IMG/VR virus record: IMGVR_UViG_3300007722_000019
Coordinates: 1 to 54,251 of that record
Origin: a virus
Lineage: Duplodnaviria; Caudoviricetes
Strand: one strand, 5' to 3'
DNA: 54,251 nucleotides
Within the stretch, counting starts at the first letter, position 1. Each line of letters opens with the position of its first letter. The notes below the pieces were generated by a model, which saw nothing but the letters and a program-made list of their open reading frames with translations, was not told the origin of the DNA and made no database searches. Below, in pieces: positions 29,375-38,668 of the stretch. The position numbers and the translations under genes were made by a program.

Positions 29375-29772
29375 TATATTCTCCTTCTCTTTGCGACAGA
29401 ATGTTTTATAATTCCAGCTGATAATTCGATGTTATCGAGCTTCAGTCTGCAATACGTGACTGTGTGTAATTCTGTATTAAATTTAACATTGGCATCTGAC
29501 ACCATTTTGTGTAATGGTATAACCAATTTTACTGTGTCTGCGTTATCTGGTATATCTGTGCTGTAATTAACAAGTTCCAATGATACTTCAGTTAATTTAC
29601 CGAAATTTTCTTTAGTTTTTTCGGGATCGGAACAACCGAGTTTGTATACTTCTGCCATTGTGTATACTTTGTTTATTAGAGCGTATTCGTATGAATCGAA
29701 ATTAGCAGGGCCATTTAGTGTAGAACAACCTACTAATAATAGTGCTGTCATGAATGCAAATAGTCTTTTCAT
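29374..29772 (-). CDS. lipoprotein
   Basis: MKRLFAFMTALLLVGC lipobox; RBS AAGGAG; GATAAATA upstream on minus strand. Confidence 0.7.
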   Translation of the reverse strand: MKRLFAFMTALLLVGCSTLNGPANFDSYEYALINKVYTMAEVYKLGCSDPEKTKENFGKLTEVSLELVNYSTDIPDNADTVKLVIPLHKMVSDANVKFNTELHTVTYCRLKLDNIELSAGIIKHSVAKRRRI

Positions 29773-29888
29773 AATCTCTCCTTTAGTGTATTTATCTGAA
29801 AATATATTGGTTTTGCAAATCCAGTCTTTATGTGCTATAATACGGCAAGTTGATAAATATCGGCTCACTTATAACCTGGGAAATAAAA

Positions 29889-30335
29889 ATGAAGAAATTA
29901 GTAATTATGGCAGCACTGGCAATGGCAATGGTATCAGCTTCGGCAGTCGAAGTCGGCATTCGTGCTACCAATTCGCAAGGTGCTGCAGGTGCTGCACTTG
30001 GTTTGTCGATTGGCGAAAAATTCGGTTCGTATGGCCTTGAAGGTGCATATGACCGCACAACTCGCGGCGCAATCAATATAGACCGTTGGAGCGTAACTGC
30101 ATCGTATGATGCAGCAGTCATCGGCGGTGTAACTATTGCACCTAAAGTCGGCGTAGCGTACATTAACCCTACAGGTTTCCGTAACGGTACTGCAATGTTT
30201 GTCGGTGTTGGAGCAAGCTACCCACTTACAAAGCAAGTTGCATTGACAGCTGATTATCAGTATCAGGTTGGTCAAGACCGTGTTCGTGCATACAACGGTA
30301 ATCGATTCATGATTGGTGCAAAATATTCATTCTGA
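29889..30335 (+). CDS. small outer-membrane beta-barrel protein (OmpA-N/Ail/Lom-like)
   Basis: signal peptide, alternating beta strands, terminal GAKYSF. Confidence 0.8.
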   Translation: MKKLVIMAALAMAMVSASAVEVGIRATNSQGAAGAALGLSIGEKFGSYGLEGAYDRTTRGAINIDRWSVTASYDAAVIGGVTIAPKVGVAYINPTGFRNGTAMFVGVGASYPLTKQVALTADYQYQVGQDRVRAYNGNRFMIGAKYSF

Positions 30336-30355
30336 TAACGAGATACTGAATAATG

Positions 30356-30376
30356 AAAGGGACTTCGGTCCCTTTT
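30356..30376 (+). terminator. intrinsic terminator
   Basis: AAAGGGAC-TTCG-GTCCCTTTT. Confidence 0.85.
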
Positions 30377-30415
30377 CTATTGACTTTTCTGTAAGAATCT
30401 GCTATAATACAGATT

Positions 30416-30972
30416 ATGGAAGGTTACGTATATTTTATTGGAACACCCGTTTTCGGTTGGTACAAGATTGGAAAATCTAAAACACCTGAAGTACGGGTGA
30501 AAGATTTAGGAATACTACTCCCGTTTAAAGTTCATATCATCGGTGTCTGGAAGGCAAAGAATCACACATTGATGGAAAGTAGTCTGCACGAGATGTATAA
30601 AGACAAGCGGATAAATGGTTTGAATTTTCTAAAAAGGAAGCAGATGAATTCTTTAAATCACTTCCAGAAGAAGTGAGGATTTATCCATCTGTCGATGGAA
30701 AACATCCGTTAGACAGGTTCTCCAATATAGAACAGGATACAAAGAATTCAAAGAAAGTTTTCGGAGTTAAAGTCCTGAAACTGTTAGGTGATTTCACTCC
30801 AGAGGAACGGTATAATATAAGGATGCAGTATATCCAGCATAAAACTGTATCTAAAAAGATAGCAAAACTAACAGGATATGCAAATCGGGAAAAAGCATTT
30901 TCACTGATTTGTTACAAATATCAACCACATAAGAAAATAAAGATAAATATATTTACATCTTTAATGGTGTGA
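30416..30972 (+). pseudogene. T5orf172/GIY-YIG-like gene with frameshift near 30615
   Basis: GYVYFI...YKIGKS...E..LH...KRING then WFEF continues in another frame into ORF 30673. Confidence 0.65.
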
Positions 30973-31045
30973 TAACAGTGCATAGGGCACTACTTGACCA
31001 GTTTTAAATTGCGGCCTACTGGTAGCCGGTTGAAAAGGAAAAATA

Positions 31046-31900
31046 ATGATGTATTCAGATAAATTTGTCGTGGCTATCAAGGTTGGCGGCAAGGTATTGC
31101 GAGAAACCAAAGATCTCGTCACTCTGCCATTCGGTTCAGAGTTTTCAGTTTTAGTAAAAAACTTAAATTCCCGTAGAGCAAAATTCATATTAGACATCGA
31201 TGGCACAAATGCATTAGATGGCCAGGAAATCATTGTGAATGCAAATTCCGAAGTTGAAATGAAACGATTTATACGTAATGGAAATATGAACGAAGGTAAC
31301 GCCTTTAAGTTCATTGAACGCACAACAGCAATCGAAGATGGTCCACGCGGTATTAAAGTAGACGATGGTGTAGTTCGTGTTGAATTTTGGTTCGAGAAAG
31401 AAGTTCCGGAAATAAAAACAACATATCACAATGATGTATGGTGGAATACTTATAATCGTCCTCCACCATTTGGCGGTATCAGGTACGGTCACTATGATTC
31501 ATATACATCGACAGCAAAAGGTGCAGTTGGCAACAGTGACTCGGGTGGATCTACATTAAGTTCGGCAAGTCTCGGAAGCGTAACACGTGGCATGAATGTT
31601 CAGACCCAGACTGCTGAATATGCAGTCCCACAGAATGCATCAGTTAAATCTGTTGTATCGGATGTCGGCATCACTGTGCCAGGTTCAAAAGTAGAACAGC
31701 AGTTTACACCAGTTTACGGATTTAACTCCGAAGCTGCATCCAGCGTCATTATTTTACGCTTAGCTGGTAAAGTGGGCAGCGTCGAAGTTGTTGCACCAGT
31801 TACGGTTCATACTAAGAATATTTGCTCAACATGTTCACATACAAATAAAGCAAATTCGAGATTTTGCAGCCAATGCGGAACTTCTTTAGAATTGATTTAA
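31046..31900 (+). CDS. conserved hypothetical protein with C-terminal double Zn ribbon
   Basis: CSTC...FCSQCG; RBS AAGGA. Confidence 0.8.
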   Translation: MMYSDKFVVAIKVGGKVLRETKDLVTLPFGSEFSVLVKNLNSRRAKFILDIDGTNALDGQEIIVNANSEVEMKRFIRNGNMNEGNAFKFIERTTAIEDGPRGIKVDDGVVRVEFWFEKEVPEIKTTYHNDVWWNTYNRPPPFGGIRYGHYDSYTSTAKGAVGNSDSGGSTLSSASLGSVTRGMNVQTQTAEYAVPQNASVKSVVSDVGITVPGSKVEQQFTPVYGFNSEAASSVIILRLAGKVGSVEVVAPVTVHTKNICSTCSHTNKANSRFCSQCGTSLELI

Positions 31901-31940
31901 CCACTTGACAGAAGATGCCACTATTGTTAAAGTAGTGACA

Positions 31941-32298
31941 TAGTAACAAACAATACATAGCATCACATATGTTATGTATTGGGCAAGACATCCTGTAGCA
32001 TATAGTAATGCGCTAGAAATAGAGACCTGGCTGCAAACCCTGGGAAGGCTCTGCTTTGTTTGTTATTGTGTTTAAGAATTAAGTATAGCGGTGTGTGACA
32101 TACTGAGTGGGCAGACGTGCTTCAAAGGAGTCTCTACTTAATTCTTAAACACAAATGACTAGTTTAGTAGCCAGAACATAGCGTATTGTGGAGAACTTGG
32201 TTCGAGTCCAAGGTCATTTTCTGTTTTTATCTATTGTGTATATTGGTGTATAAGCATACTCGGCAGATAACCAATGGGGAATCTACGCAATAGATAAA
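31941..32298 (+). ncRNA. four back-to-back long-stem structured units
   Basis: closing stems 31941/32068, 32068/32152, 32153/32219 (T arm), 32226/32298; TTGACA-17-TAAAGT at 31905. Confidence 0.5.
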
Positions 32299-32323
32299 CA
32301 TTGATTAACTTTTTAGAAAGATA

Positions 32324-32554
32324 TTGATTATGAATGAATTCCTCACCGAGCACGTAGACAAATTCGCCCGAGATTTCCTAAAAGAGGGCCTAGCAAAATT
32401 ACCCAACGAAAACTTCTTATTCTTTAAAAGGATGTACGATCAAGATTTAAATAAATCAATCGATGAAGTAGTCGACTCATTGCCGTTTGACAAATTAGAT
32501 TGGGCAATGATCCAGGTACAGAATTCGGTTGACAAATTAAACAAAATAGTTTAA
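32324..32554 (+). CDS. hypothetical protein
   Basis: ORF with phage-like composition. Confidence 0.6.
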   Translation: MIMNEFLTEHVDKFARDFLKEGLAKLPNENFLFFKRMYDQDLNKSIDEVVDSLPFDKLDWAMIQVQNSVDKLNKIV

Positions 32555-32599
32555 TATATAGGTAAATACAGTTACAACTTAACTAAAGGAAAATATACT

Positions 32600-32629
32600 A
32601 TGATGTAGATATATTTTAATTCTTCATAA
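32600..32629 (+). other. leader mini-ORF ATG-ATG-TAG(-ATA TAT TTT AAT TCT TCA TAA)
   Basis: AAAGGA RBS at normal spacing; TTGACA-17-TAATAT at 32529. Confidence 0.5.
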
Positions 32630-32692
32630 AAATAATTTGACAATTCTCATTGCAATTTTGTAGAAATCAAATTTTAATTTTAAGGAAGAAAC

Positions 32693-33064
32693 ATGAACAA
32701 TTTAATGAACTTAACCGAAGTAGTTTCGGACGCACCTAAATCATTTACTGATATCAGGGCAAAATGGAAGGCACGAGCTGCCCTCAAAAACATTATCAAA
32801 GAAGACGTTGTTACGCTTTGTATCTATAAATCCGTTATGGCGGGTGAAGGCAAAGAAGGTGCAATCGAACGATTGAATAAATCATTCACACCTATCACAA
32901 ATACTATTAAATTAGCAAATGGTGCATATCCATATTTTGGTGTTTACTCATCCTTGTATGGTGTCAGAGGCTGCCCAGTTTATAATTGGCTCGATGAAAC
33001 TGAAAAGAAAGCAGTTTTAGAAATCGCCAAAAGTATTAAAGCAACCGGAAAGGCACTAGCATGA
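32693..33064 (+). CDS. hypothetical protein
   Basis: RBS AAGGAAG; ATGA overlap with next gene. Confidence 0.75.
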   Translation: MNNLMNLTEVVSDAPKSFTDIRAKWKARAALKNIIKEDVVTLCIYKSVMAGEGKEGAIERLNKSFTPITNTIKLANGAYPYFGVYSSLYGVRGCPVYNWLDETEKKAVLEIAKSIKATGKALA

Positions 33065-33387
33065 GTTCGTATATCTATACATTCATCCGAGAGGATATTT
33101 CTGCTGCTCAAAAGATCGTCCAAACTGGTCATGCATGTTATGAGGCAGGCAAACTGTTTAAAGACGCGAATGGCATCTCGAATTTAGTGCTTTTATCGGC
33201 GAAAAATGAGGATGACATCAAAGTCATTGCTTAGATGCTTGATATGCGTGGCATTGATTTTTATGCATTTTATGAGCCAGATACTAACATTGGATTCAGT
33301 GCAATTTGTACTCGCCCTATAACTGATAAACTGGAACGCAAGTTTTTCCGTAAGTGGGATTTATTTAGGGGAGAAATGACACAATGA
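33061..33387 (+). CDS. Pth2-like peptidyl-tRNA hydrolase with in-frame TAG (33232-33234)
   Basis: YIYTFIREDI..AQKIVQTGHA...LVLL...*MLDMRGI...FYEPD...SAICT; ATGA overlaps at both ends. Confidence 0.72.
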
Positions 33388-33992
33388 AAATAACATATAC
33401 ACCTAATCCGTTGAATACTATCGTTGAATTGGATGATCACGAATTAGAAGTTTTCAGATTAAAACTAAAGCTTAAAGAATATGAGGATCTTTTATTTAGT
33501 GCTCATTTTCATTTGCAAGAAGATGAGTCATGGTTTGATATTAATAGGGCACGGAAAGAATTAGACCCGGTATACTGGTGCACAGATGATAAATCTAAAC
33601 TCGAAGAACGAGTCGATGAATTATTAGAACATTACGTAGAAGAACTCGCAGGTTCTCACATCGGGGACTGTACTTGTTTTGCTGCCAGTTGTTCCAAATG
33701 TAATGCTGAAAGCATCCTCGGCATCGATACTATTAAGGGACTTGGAAAACATCCGGGTCATAAGATACAATCGGTGTTTAACTATAAAGATGGTGATATT
33801 TGGAAAGAACGGACAATGGACGAGGCGCTGGAACTTCTTCGAGTGTATGATCCAAAGCCAACCGGCCCGGGATGGGAAAAAGTGGGAGGATATGAACAAT
33901 ATGTTCCTCGATGGACACAAGAGGCCAAACACGCATATGAGTGGTTACTGGATTATAAAACGACTAAACTTGTATCGGTTGACATAAAGTAA
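33384..33992 (+). CDS. hypothetical protein
   Basis: 202-aa ORF; HIGDCTC...SCSKC. Confidence 0.75.
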   Translation: MKITYTPNPLNTIVELDDHELEVFRLKLKLKEYEDLLFSAHFHLQEDESWFDINRARKELDPVYWCTDDKSKLEERVDELLEHYVEELAGSHIGDCTCFAASCSKCNAESILGIDTIKGLGKHPGHKIQSVFNYKDGDIWKERTMDEALELLRVYDPKPTGPGWEKVGGYEQYVPRWTQEAKHAYEWLLDYKTTKLVSVDIK

Positions 33993-34007
33993 TGTATATA
34001 CTATAAT
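33979..34007 (+). promoter_or_regulatory. consensus sigma70 promoter for amber suppressor tRNA
   Basis: TTGACA-17 nt-TATAAT. Confidence 0.85.
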
Positions 34008-34016
34008 ATGTTATAT

Positions 34017-34091
34017 TCGCCAGTAGCTCAGCGGCCGAGCAAGAGCCTCTAAAACTCCTAGTCGTGGGTTCGAATCCCACCTGGCGAACCA
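34017..34091 (+). tRNA. amber suppressor tRNA (anticodon CTA)
   Basis: TCGCCAG/CTGGCGA, D arm GCTC/GAGC, loop CTCTAAA (CTA 34049-34051), GTGGG-TTCGAAT-CCCAC, CCA; anticodon stem has two mismatches. Confidence 0.82.
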
Positions 34092-34102
34092 TTATTCAAA
34101 TT

Positions 34103-34312
34103 ATGTATACGCATTACGTTAAATGGGATCAGAATAAATCATGGAAAAAGGAGTTTCCGCCCGAGATGGTATTCCTTTTTGACATTGCACCCCCGGCCCG
34201 AGAAACCTCCGATGGAATATACTGGAACTGGTTTGGGGCACCTACGAGAATTCAAATAAATATTTACGACGAAGAGACTATTGTAGCTTTTAAATTAAAA
34301 TTTCCAAAATGA
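34103..34312 (+). CDS. hypothetical protein
   Basis: C-terminal VAFKLKF motif. Confidence 0.6.
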   Translation: MYTHYVKWDQNKSWKKEFPPEMVFLFDIAPPARETSDGIYWNWFGAPTRIQINIYDEETIVAFKLKFPK

Positions 34313-34800
34313 CCCGAATAAATCTAGTCCATGTGCAAGATCTTGCCGACCAACATCTTTTTGCCGAATGGCGCGAGATCAAAATGATTGTGCCTGCTGC
34401 AAAGAGATCACTTTGCGCGAAGCCTGTTTCCAAGATTTACGAAAAAATATGCCCTGTGTATACGCTGAATACAGGTCACGTTACTTTCTTTTATAATAAA
34501 CTTACGTTCCTAAATGACAGATTTGACGAGCTGACTCAGGAGCTTCTTCAACGTGGGTTCGATATTACCTTGTTTAATTTCATAACCGAAGATTTTAAGT
34601 TTGTGCATGACAGAATAGGTCAAATAGAATGGTTACCCACGAAAAAAGATACCAAAGTAAATATTGATCGCATTTCTTTACGATTAAACGAACGCCCGGC
34701 TTGGTACAGATATTATGGAGATGTTTATACTCCAGATTTTTTTATTGACAGATACAACCAGCAACTCACAGTTGACACGCTCGTTAAATGTACTATATAA
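34309..34800 (+). CDS. denV: pyrimidine dimer DNA glycosylase / endonuclease V
   Basis: MTRINL...LADQHLFAEWREI...YTLNTGHVTFFYNK. Confidence 0.9.
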   Translation: MTRINLVHVQDLADQHLFAEWREIKMIVPAAKRSLCAKPVSKIYEKICPVYTLNTGHVTFFYNKLTFLNDRFDELTQELLQRGFDITLFNFITEDFKFVHDRIGQIEWLPTKKDTKVNIDRISLRLNERPAWYRYYGDVYTPDFFIDRYNQQLTVDTLVKCTI

Positions 34801-34815
34801 TATACGAAAAGATAT

Positions 34816-35205
34816 ATGAAAGTAGGATTTACCGGCACAAGAGAAGGAATGACCCAATCTCAGAAAGAACAATTTGTTTTGAAATTCTATGAATTAAATG
34901 TTTGTGAATTTCATCACGGTGATTGCAGAGGTGCAGACGAAGAAGCAAATAATATTGTAAGAGAATTCTTCCCGGATGTTTTTATTGTAATTCATCCGCC
35001 TCGCCTTACATATCAACGAGCATATTGCAAAGGTGACGAAATTCGTGAACCGGATGATTACCTGCCACGAGATCGAAGGATTGTAGATTACACAGATGCA
35101 TTGATTGGCGCTCCTAAGTTTGACAAAGAAGATAAGAGTGGTTCGTGGTATACAATTCGATATGCACGAGCATCGGGTAAAGATTTTTATGTAATGAAAC
35201 GATGA
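34816..35205 (+). CDS. SLOG (DprA/YspA-like) nucleotide-binding protein
   Basis: VGFTGTR, HHGDCRGAD, SGSWYTIRYA. Confidence 0.65.
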   Translation: MKVGFTGTREGMTQSQKEQFVLKFYELNVCEFHHGDCRGADEEANNIVREFFPDVFIVIHPPRLTYQRAYCKGDEIREPDDYLPRDRRIVDYTDALIGAPKFDKEDKSGSWYTIRYARASGKDFYVMKR

Positions 35206-35447
35206 CTAAGAAATATTTCACAGAAAGAGTAATCCACAATAAAGCACAATGTCTTATCTGTAAGGACATCATTGAATCGACGCATCGACACGATTTTAAA
35301 TGGTGTAAGTGTAACACTTTAGCAGTTGACGGCGGCCACGATTATACCAGACGATGTTTTAGTAAGGGCACAGAAACCTGGTTAGAACTTAGCACATTCG
35401 AACAAATCGAACGTGAAAAATATGACTGGGAAAAAGATGATGAGTGA
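35202..35447 (+). CDS. conserved phage Zn-binding protein
   Basis: CLICKDIIESTHRHDF..CKC...VDGG. Confidence 0.7.
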   Translation: MTKKYFTERVIHNKAQCLICKDIIESTHRHDFKWCKCNTLAVDGGHDYTRRCFSKGTETWLELSTFEQIEREKYDWEKDDE

Positions 35448-35637
35448 AGACTTAGTTTTTCGACTCAGGAAACGAGCTGAAATTCGCCGGCAAATTTCTA
35501 CACGGAAAAGTGTTCAGGAAAATAAGCCGGACAGGATTGCAGATTTACTCGAAGAAGCAGCAAATGAAATAGAAGCATTGCGTAAAAGGAATAGTGATCA
35601 GGGTTGGGAAATAAATCCAGAAAGGATGGGGCAATGA
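35437..35637 (+). CDS. hypothetical protein
   Basis: LVFRLRKRAEIRRQI...DRIADLLEEAA. Confidence 0.65.
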   Translation: MMSEDLVFRLRKRAEIRRQISTRKSVQENKPDRIADLLEEAANEIEALRKRNSDQGWEINPERMGQ

Positions 35638-35855
35638 GACATAGAGTTAGATACATAAATTCTCCTTCATATCCGTACAGGGTAGACCGTAAGCGTAAAT
35701 CATGGCACTAGTGGACAGAAGTTGGGTTGTGTACATCTTAGGAATCTGCCAAAGAGTGGATTAAACTTGACATTAAGAGCAAACCGCCGAAATTTGGTGA
35801 AATTGTGTTTCGATACGATGAATTAGATCAAGTAGTAGATAAACTAAAAGGTTAA
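35634..35855 (+). CDS. 73-aa protein with two in-frame TAG codons; paralog of next gene
   Basis: TAG at 35709 and 35739; similarity to the 35857 ORF on both sides of the TAGs. Confidence 0.65.
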
Positions 35856-35856
35856 T

Positions 35857-36183
35857 ATGAAATACAGAGTTAAAATAGGTTCCTCGGACATACATCCGTT
35901 TATTATACAAAGAAAGAATGAGAAAGCTTTTCTTTCATTCTGGCGAACAGTCGAACGAGCCAAGACCGAATATGATGTAAAAAGATTTATGCAAATTTCG
36001 GTTGCAAGGCATGCTAAATTTAAAATCGGTGCTGTCATTGCAACATATGATGAAATGGATTTAATAGCAGATACGTTAAAGGATAAAGCAGCAGTGTCTG
36101 CTGAATATTATATCCCACAGGCGGCAATGGAAAGTGCAAATGTGAAACCAGGTACTATAGCAAGAGGAATTACAAAAATATGA
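35857..36183 (+). CDS. hypothetical protein
   Basis: ORF in coupled operon. Confidence 0.7.
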   Translation: MKYRVKIGSSDIHPFIIQRKNEKAFLSFWRTVERAKTEYDVKRFMQISVARHAKFKIGAVIATYDEMDLIADTLKDKAAVSAEYYIPQAAMESANVKPGTIARGITKI

Positions 36184-36374
36184 AATCACAAATTGTAACA
36201 TTATTCGAAGATGAGAACGGTGAGACCGTTCTCCCATTGCCGGAAAGTTTGTTCGATGGCGATGAACCTTGGTTCCAAGGTGACACACTTACTTGGAAAG
36301 TCGAACATGACCAAGTGACCATTGTAAATGATTCCTGGAATGACAGACGAACGAAGCGGTTGATTGCTAAATAA
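36180..36374 (+). CDS. AbrB/MazE-like small protein
   Basis: ENGETVLPLPE...W.QGDTLTW. Confidence 0.5.
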   Translation: MKSQIVTLFEDENGETVLPLPESLFDGDEPWFQGDTLTWKVEHDQVTIVNDSWNDRRTKRLIAK

Positions 36375-36394
36375 GATTAGTATATAATGTATAA

Positions 36395-36823
36395 ATGACA
36401 GAGATTGAAGAATACATATTACTAAGTAAAGAACTACGGCAGGAACATCTTAGATTAGATGAACCCTGCATTGAGCGTGGTGGTCAAAGTATGTATTTGA
36501 AAGGGTTGCTTGCACATTTACATGATACAACAATACCATCAGGTAAGAAAATTCATGTGTGTCATGCATGCCATAATGGGAAATGTTCCAATCCCAATCA
36601 TGTTTATTGGGGCACTGCAAGTGAAAACTGTTTAGATAAAATGGCAAATGGCGGTAAGTCTCTTTGGGAGAACATGGTAAACAAATATGGTGAAGAAGAG
36701 GCTCGACGCATAAATGCGAAGAAGGGAAATAAAAATGGTTCTGGCAACAAGGGTAATACTTTGGCTGAGGAACACAAAGCAAATATATCTGCTAACTGGT
36801 CTGGCGGAAGAAAAAAGAAATAA
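36395..36823 (+). CDS. HNH endonuclease
   Basis: VCHACHN..CSNPNHVYWGT.SEN. Confidence 0.8.
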   Translation: MTEIEEYILLSKELRQEHLRLDEPCIERGGQSMYLKGLLAHLHDTTIPSGKKIHVCHACHNGKCSNPNHVYWGTASENCLDKMANGGKSLWENMVNKYGEEEARRINAKKGNKNGSGNKGNTLAEEHKANISANWSGGRKKK

Positions 36824-36824
36824 T

Positions 36825-36908
36825 GCGCGAGTGGTGGAATGGTATACACGGTGGTCTTAGAAGCCACTGCCGAAAGGATTAAGAGTTCGAGTCTCTTCTT
36901 GCGCACCA
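36825..36908 (+). tRNA. tRNA-Leu(TAG)
   Basis: GTGGT-CTTAGAA-GCCAC, long variable arm, CCA. Confidence 0.93.
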
Positions 36909-36948
36909 AATAATGTCTCCCAGGGGGCACCAAATGTAGAAAGATTAT

Positions 36949-37140
36949 ATGCAAACAATGTTTAGTGTAGATATGTGTGACAGAGACGGCGACGTTATCG
37001 AAGCTGGCATATTTATTCATATTGAGAACACAACAATCCTGAAATTCAAAGATACAGTCGAGTTAGAAGATTTCGCAAGAGGACTGTTGAGCATGATTGC
37101 AGAGATAAAAGAAAACTATCCGGAACATGCAGACGATTGA
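36949..37140 (+). CDS. hypothetical protein
   Basis: short ORF. Confidence 0.55.
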   Translation: MQTMFSVDMCDRDGDVIEAGIFIHIENTTILKFKDTVELEDFARGLLSMIAEIKENYPEHADD

Positions 37141-37334
37141 AGAGAGACATGTCGCTTGCCCATCTTGCAGAGGTTTTGGGGCAAAATGGGTAGGAAAAAC
37201 TCAAATGGCACTCAGACGTCGAGGCAACAATGGCCCCGTGTAATACTTGTCGAGGTAAGGAAACTATACCCGATAGTGATTATATCATTTATAAACTGTG
37301 TGGAAAGTTGCCAAGTAAGAATGATGAAAACTGA
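37127..37334 (+). pseudogene. DnaJ-type Zn-finger gene split by +1 frameshift
   Basis: CPSCRGFG in one frame, PCNTCRGK...DYIIYKL in +1 frame; paralog of next ORF. Confidence 0.5.
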
Positions 37335-37506
37335 ATATACAAGATACATTCAATGTACGGAGTGCGGCGGCCTGGGCCAGCAGATGACCGCTAAAATGTA
37401 TCCGAGTGGCCATACAGAGATATGGGAAGATTGTGAAATATGCGAAGGCATGGGTGAATTCGAGGAAGCAGATTATTTGGTATTAAAGTTAGAAGGAAGA
37501 GTTTAA
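37321..37506 (+). CDS. DnaJ-type Zn-finger small protein
   Basis: CTECGGLG...CEICEGMG. Confidence 0.65.
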   Translation: MMKTEYTRYIQCTECGGLGQQMTAKMYPSGHTEIWEDCEICEGMGEFEEADYLVLKLEGRV

Positions 37507-37694
37507 GAAGTTGTAGTTGTATCTGGCGGGAGCATTAGTCCCTACCATAATATGGTATATTTGATTTGGTGAAAGTCCAACTAGCAATCGAGCGCACAAA
37601 ACATAGCCCGCGGAGTTTCGATAACTACAACAACTTAGAAGGCTTGACAGCAGCAGTATTAAAAGGTAAAATAGACACAAGTTAAAAGAATATT

Positions 37695-37770
37695 GGGCGA
37701 TTATTTCAGCGGTTAGAATGATGCTTTTACATGGCATTGGTCGTAAGTTCGAATCTTACATCGCCCACCA
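37695..37770 (+). tRNA. tRNA-Val(TAC)
   Basis: GGGCGAT/ATCGCCC, ATGCT-TTTACAT-GGCAT, CCA. Confidence 0.9.
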
Positions 37771-37774
37771 AGAA

Positions 37775-38540
37775 TTCATATCCGAGCGTGGATATAAAAG
37801 TCCGTCTCCGAGCCAGGCAACATGACTCGCTAAAACAGTATTGCAGGTTTGGCCCTAGATCGCTACCTGCCGTGATTATGGCAGTATAATAAACTGGTCC
37901 GTGAATTGAAACGTTAGCAAACCGACTTTGAATATCGGCTGCGAAATACTAATTCGCATCCAGCCTACGATGTAAAAGGTTAGAGCCGGGCCTGGCAGTG
38001 GGGCATTGTAAAAATTCCACTCCGGTCACACCGTGAAGATGAGCGCCCAAACTATGGCGTTAAACTGATTCGTGAGTTGAAACGTTAGTCTGTGGACTCG
38101 GGTACTGCAGGCGAAGCACTAATTGTCGTCTCCCGATATATATGTACTAGAACTGGATTCTTGTATAGACGTTAAATGTAGTCGGTGCTTGCAAGTTTTA
38201 AGAAACTGCGGTCATAGACTTCCTGGACCATAACTCAGAAGCGGAGCTTATTTCTCCCGTAAACAATACGTGAGCTAAAACGTTAGTTGAAAATGCACAA
38301 TAGTGAGTAGACGAAGTTATAATCCACATGCTGACAATCCATGTAATTGATTGTCCGGTTGACTTCAAGCCGTTACGTCGAAGTGGGGGACAATTGGCTA
38401 ACCCATCACGAGTCGATTGCTTTTGTGGGGTTTAAAGGAAACAGCCCGAGTGAGTAGTAACACTATAGTCCATGGACTGAAAAACATATCGGGGGCCGAT
38501 CCGTTAGCGTTAGATGTTTGGAAAACCTGACGCAAGCTAT
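37775..38540 (+). ncRNA. large non-coding structured region with three internal repeats
   Basis: no credible ORF; CGTGARYTRAAACGTTAG at 37900, 38071, 38269. Confidence 0.55.
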
Positions 38541-38546
38541 AATTTA

Positions 38547-38620
38547 CTCGGTATGGTGAAATGGTATCACTTGTCGTTTGGGACGACAGAGCGTAGGTTC
38601 GATTCCTGCTACCGAGACCA
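38547..38620 (+). tRNA. tRNA-Pro(TGG)
   Basis: TGTCG-TTTGGGA-CGACA, CCA. Confidence 0.92.
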
Positions 38621-38668
38621 TTTTTGACTTGTATAGTAGTAACAGAGACGCTATACTTAATTATAATT

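Noticed and set aside
37778-37835. Pistol ribozyme
   Set aside because: Hairpin plus AAAA linker is present, but pseudoknot and P2/P3 order do not fit.
37900-38290. CRISPR array
   Set aside because: Only three degenerate 18-nt repeats with 150-180 nt structured spacers and no cas genes.
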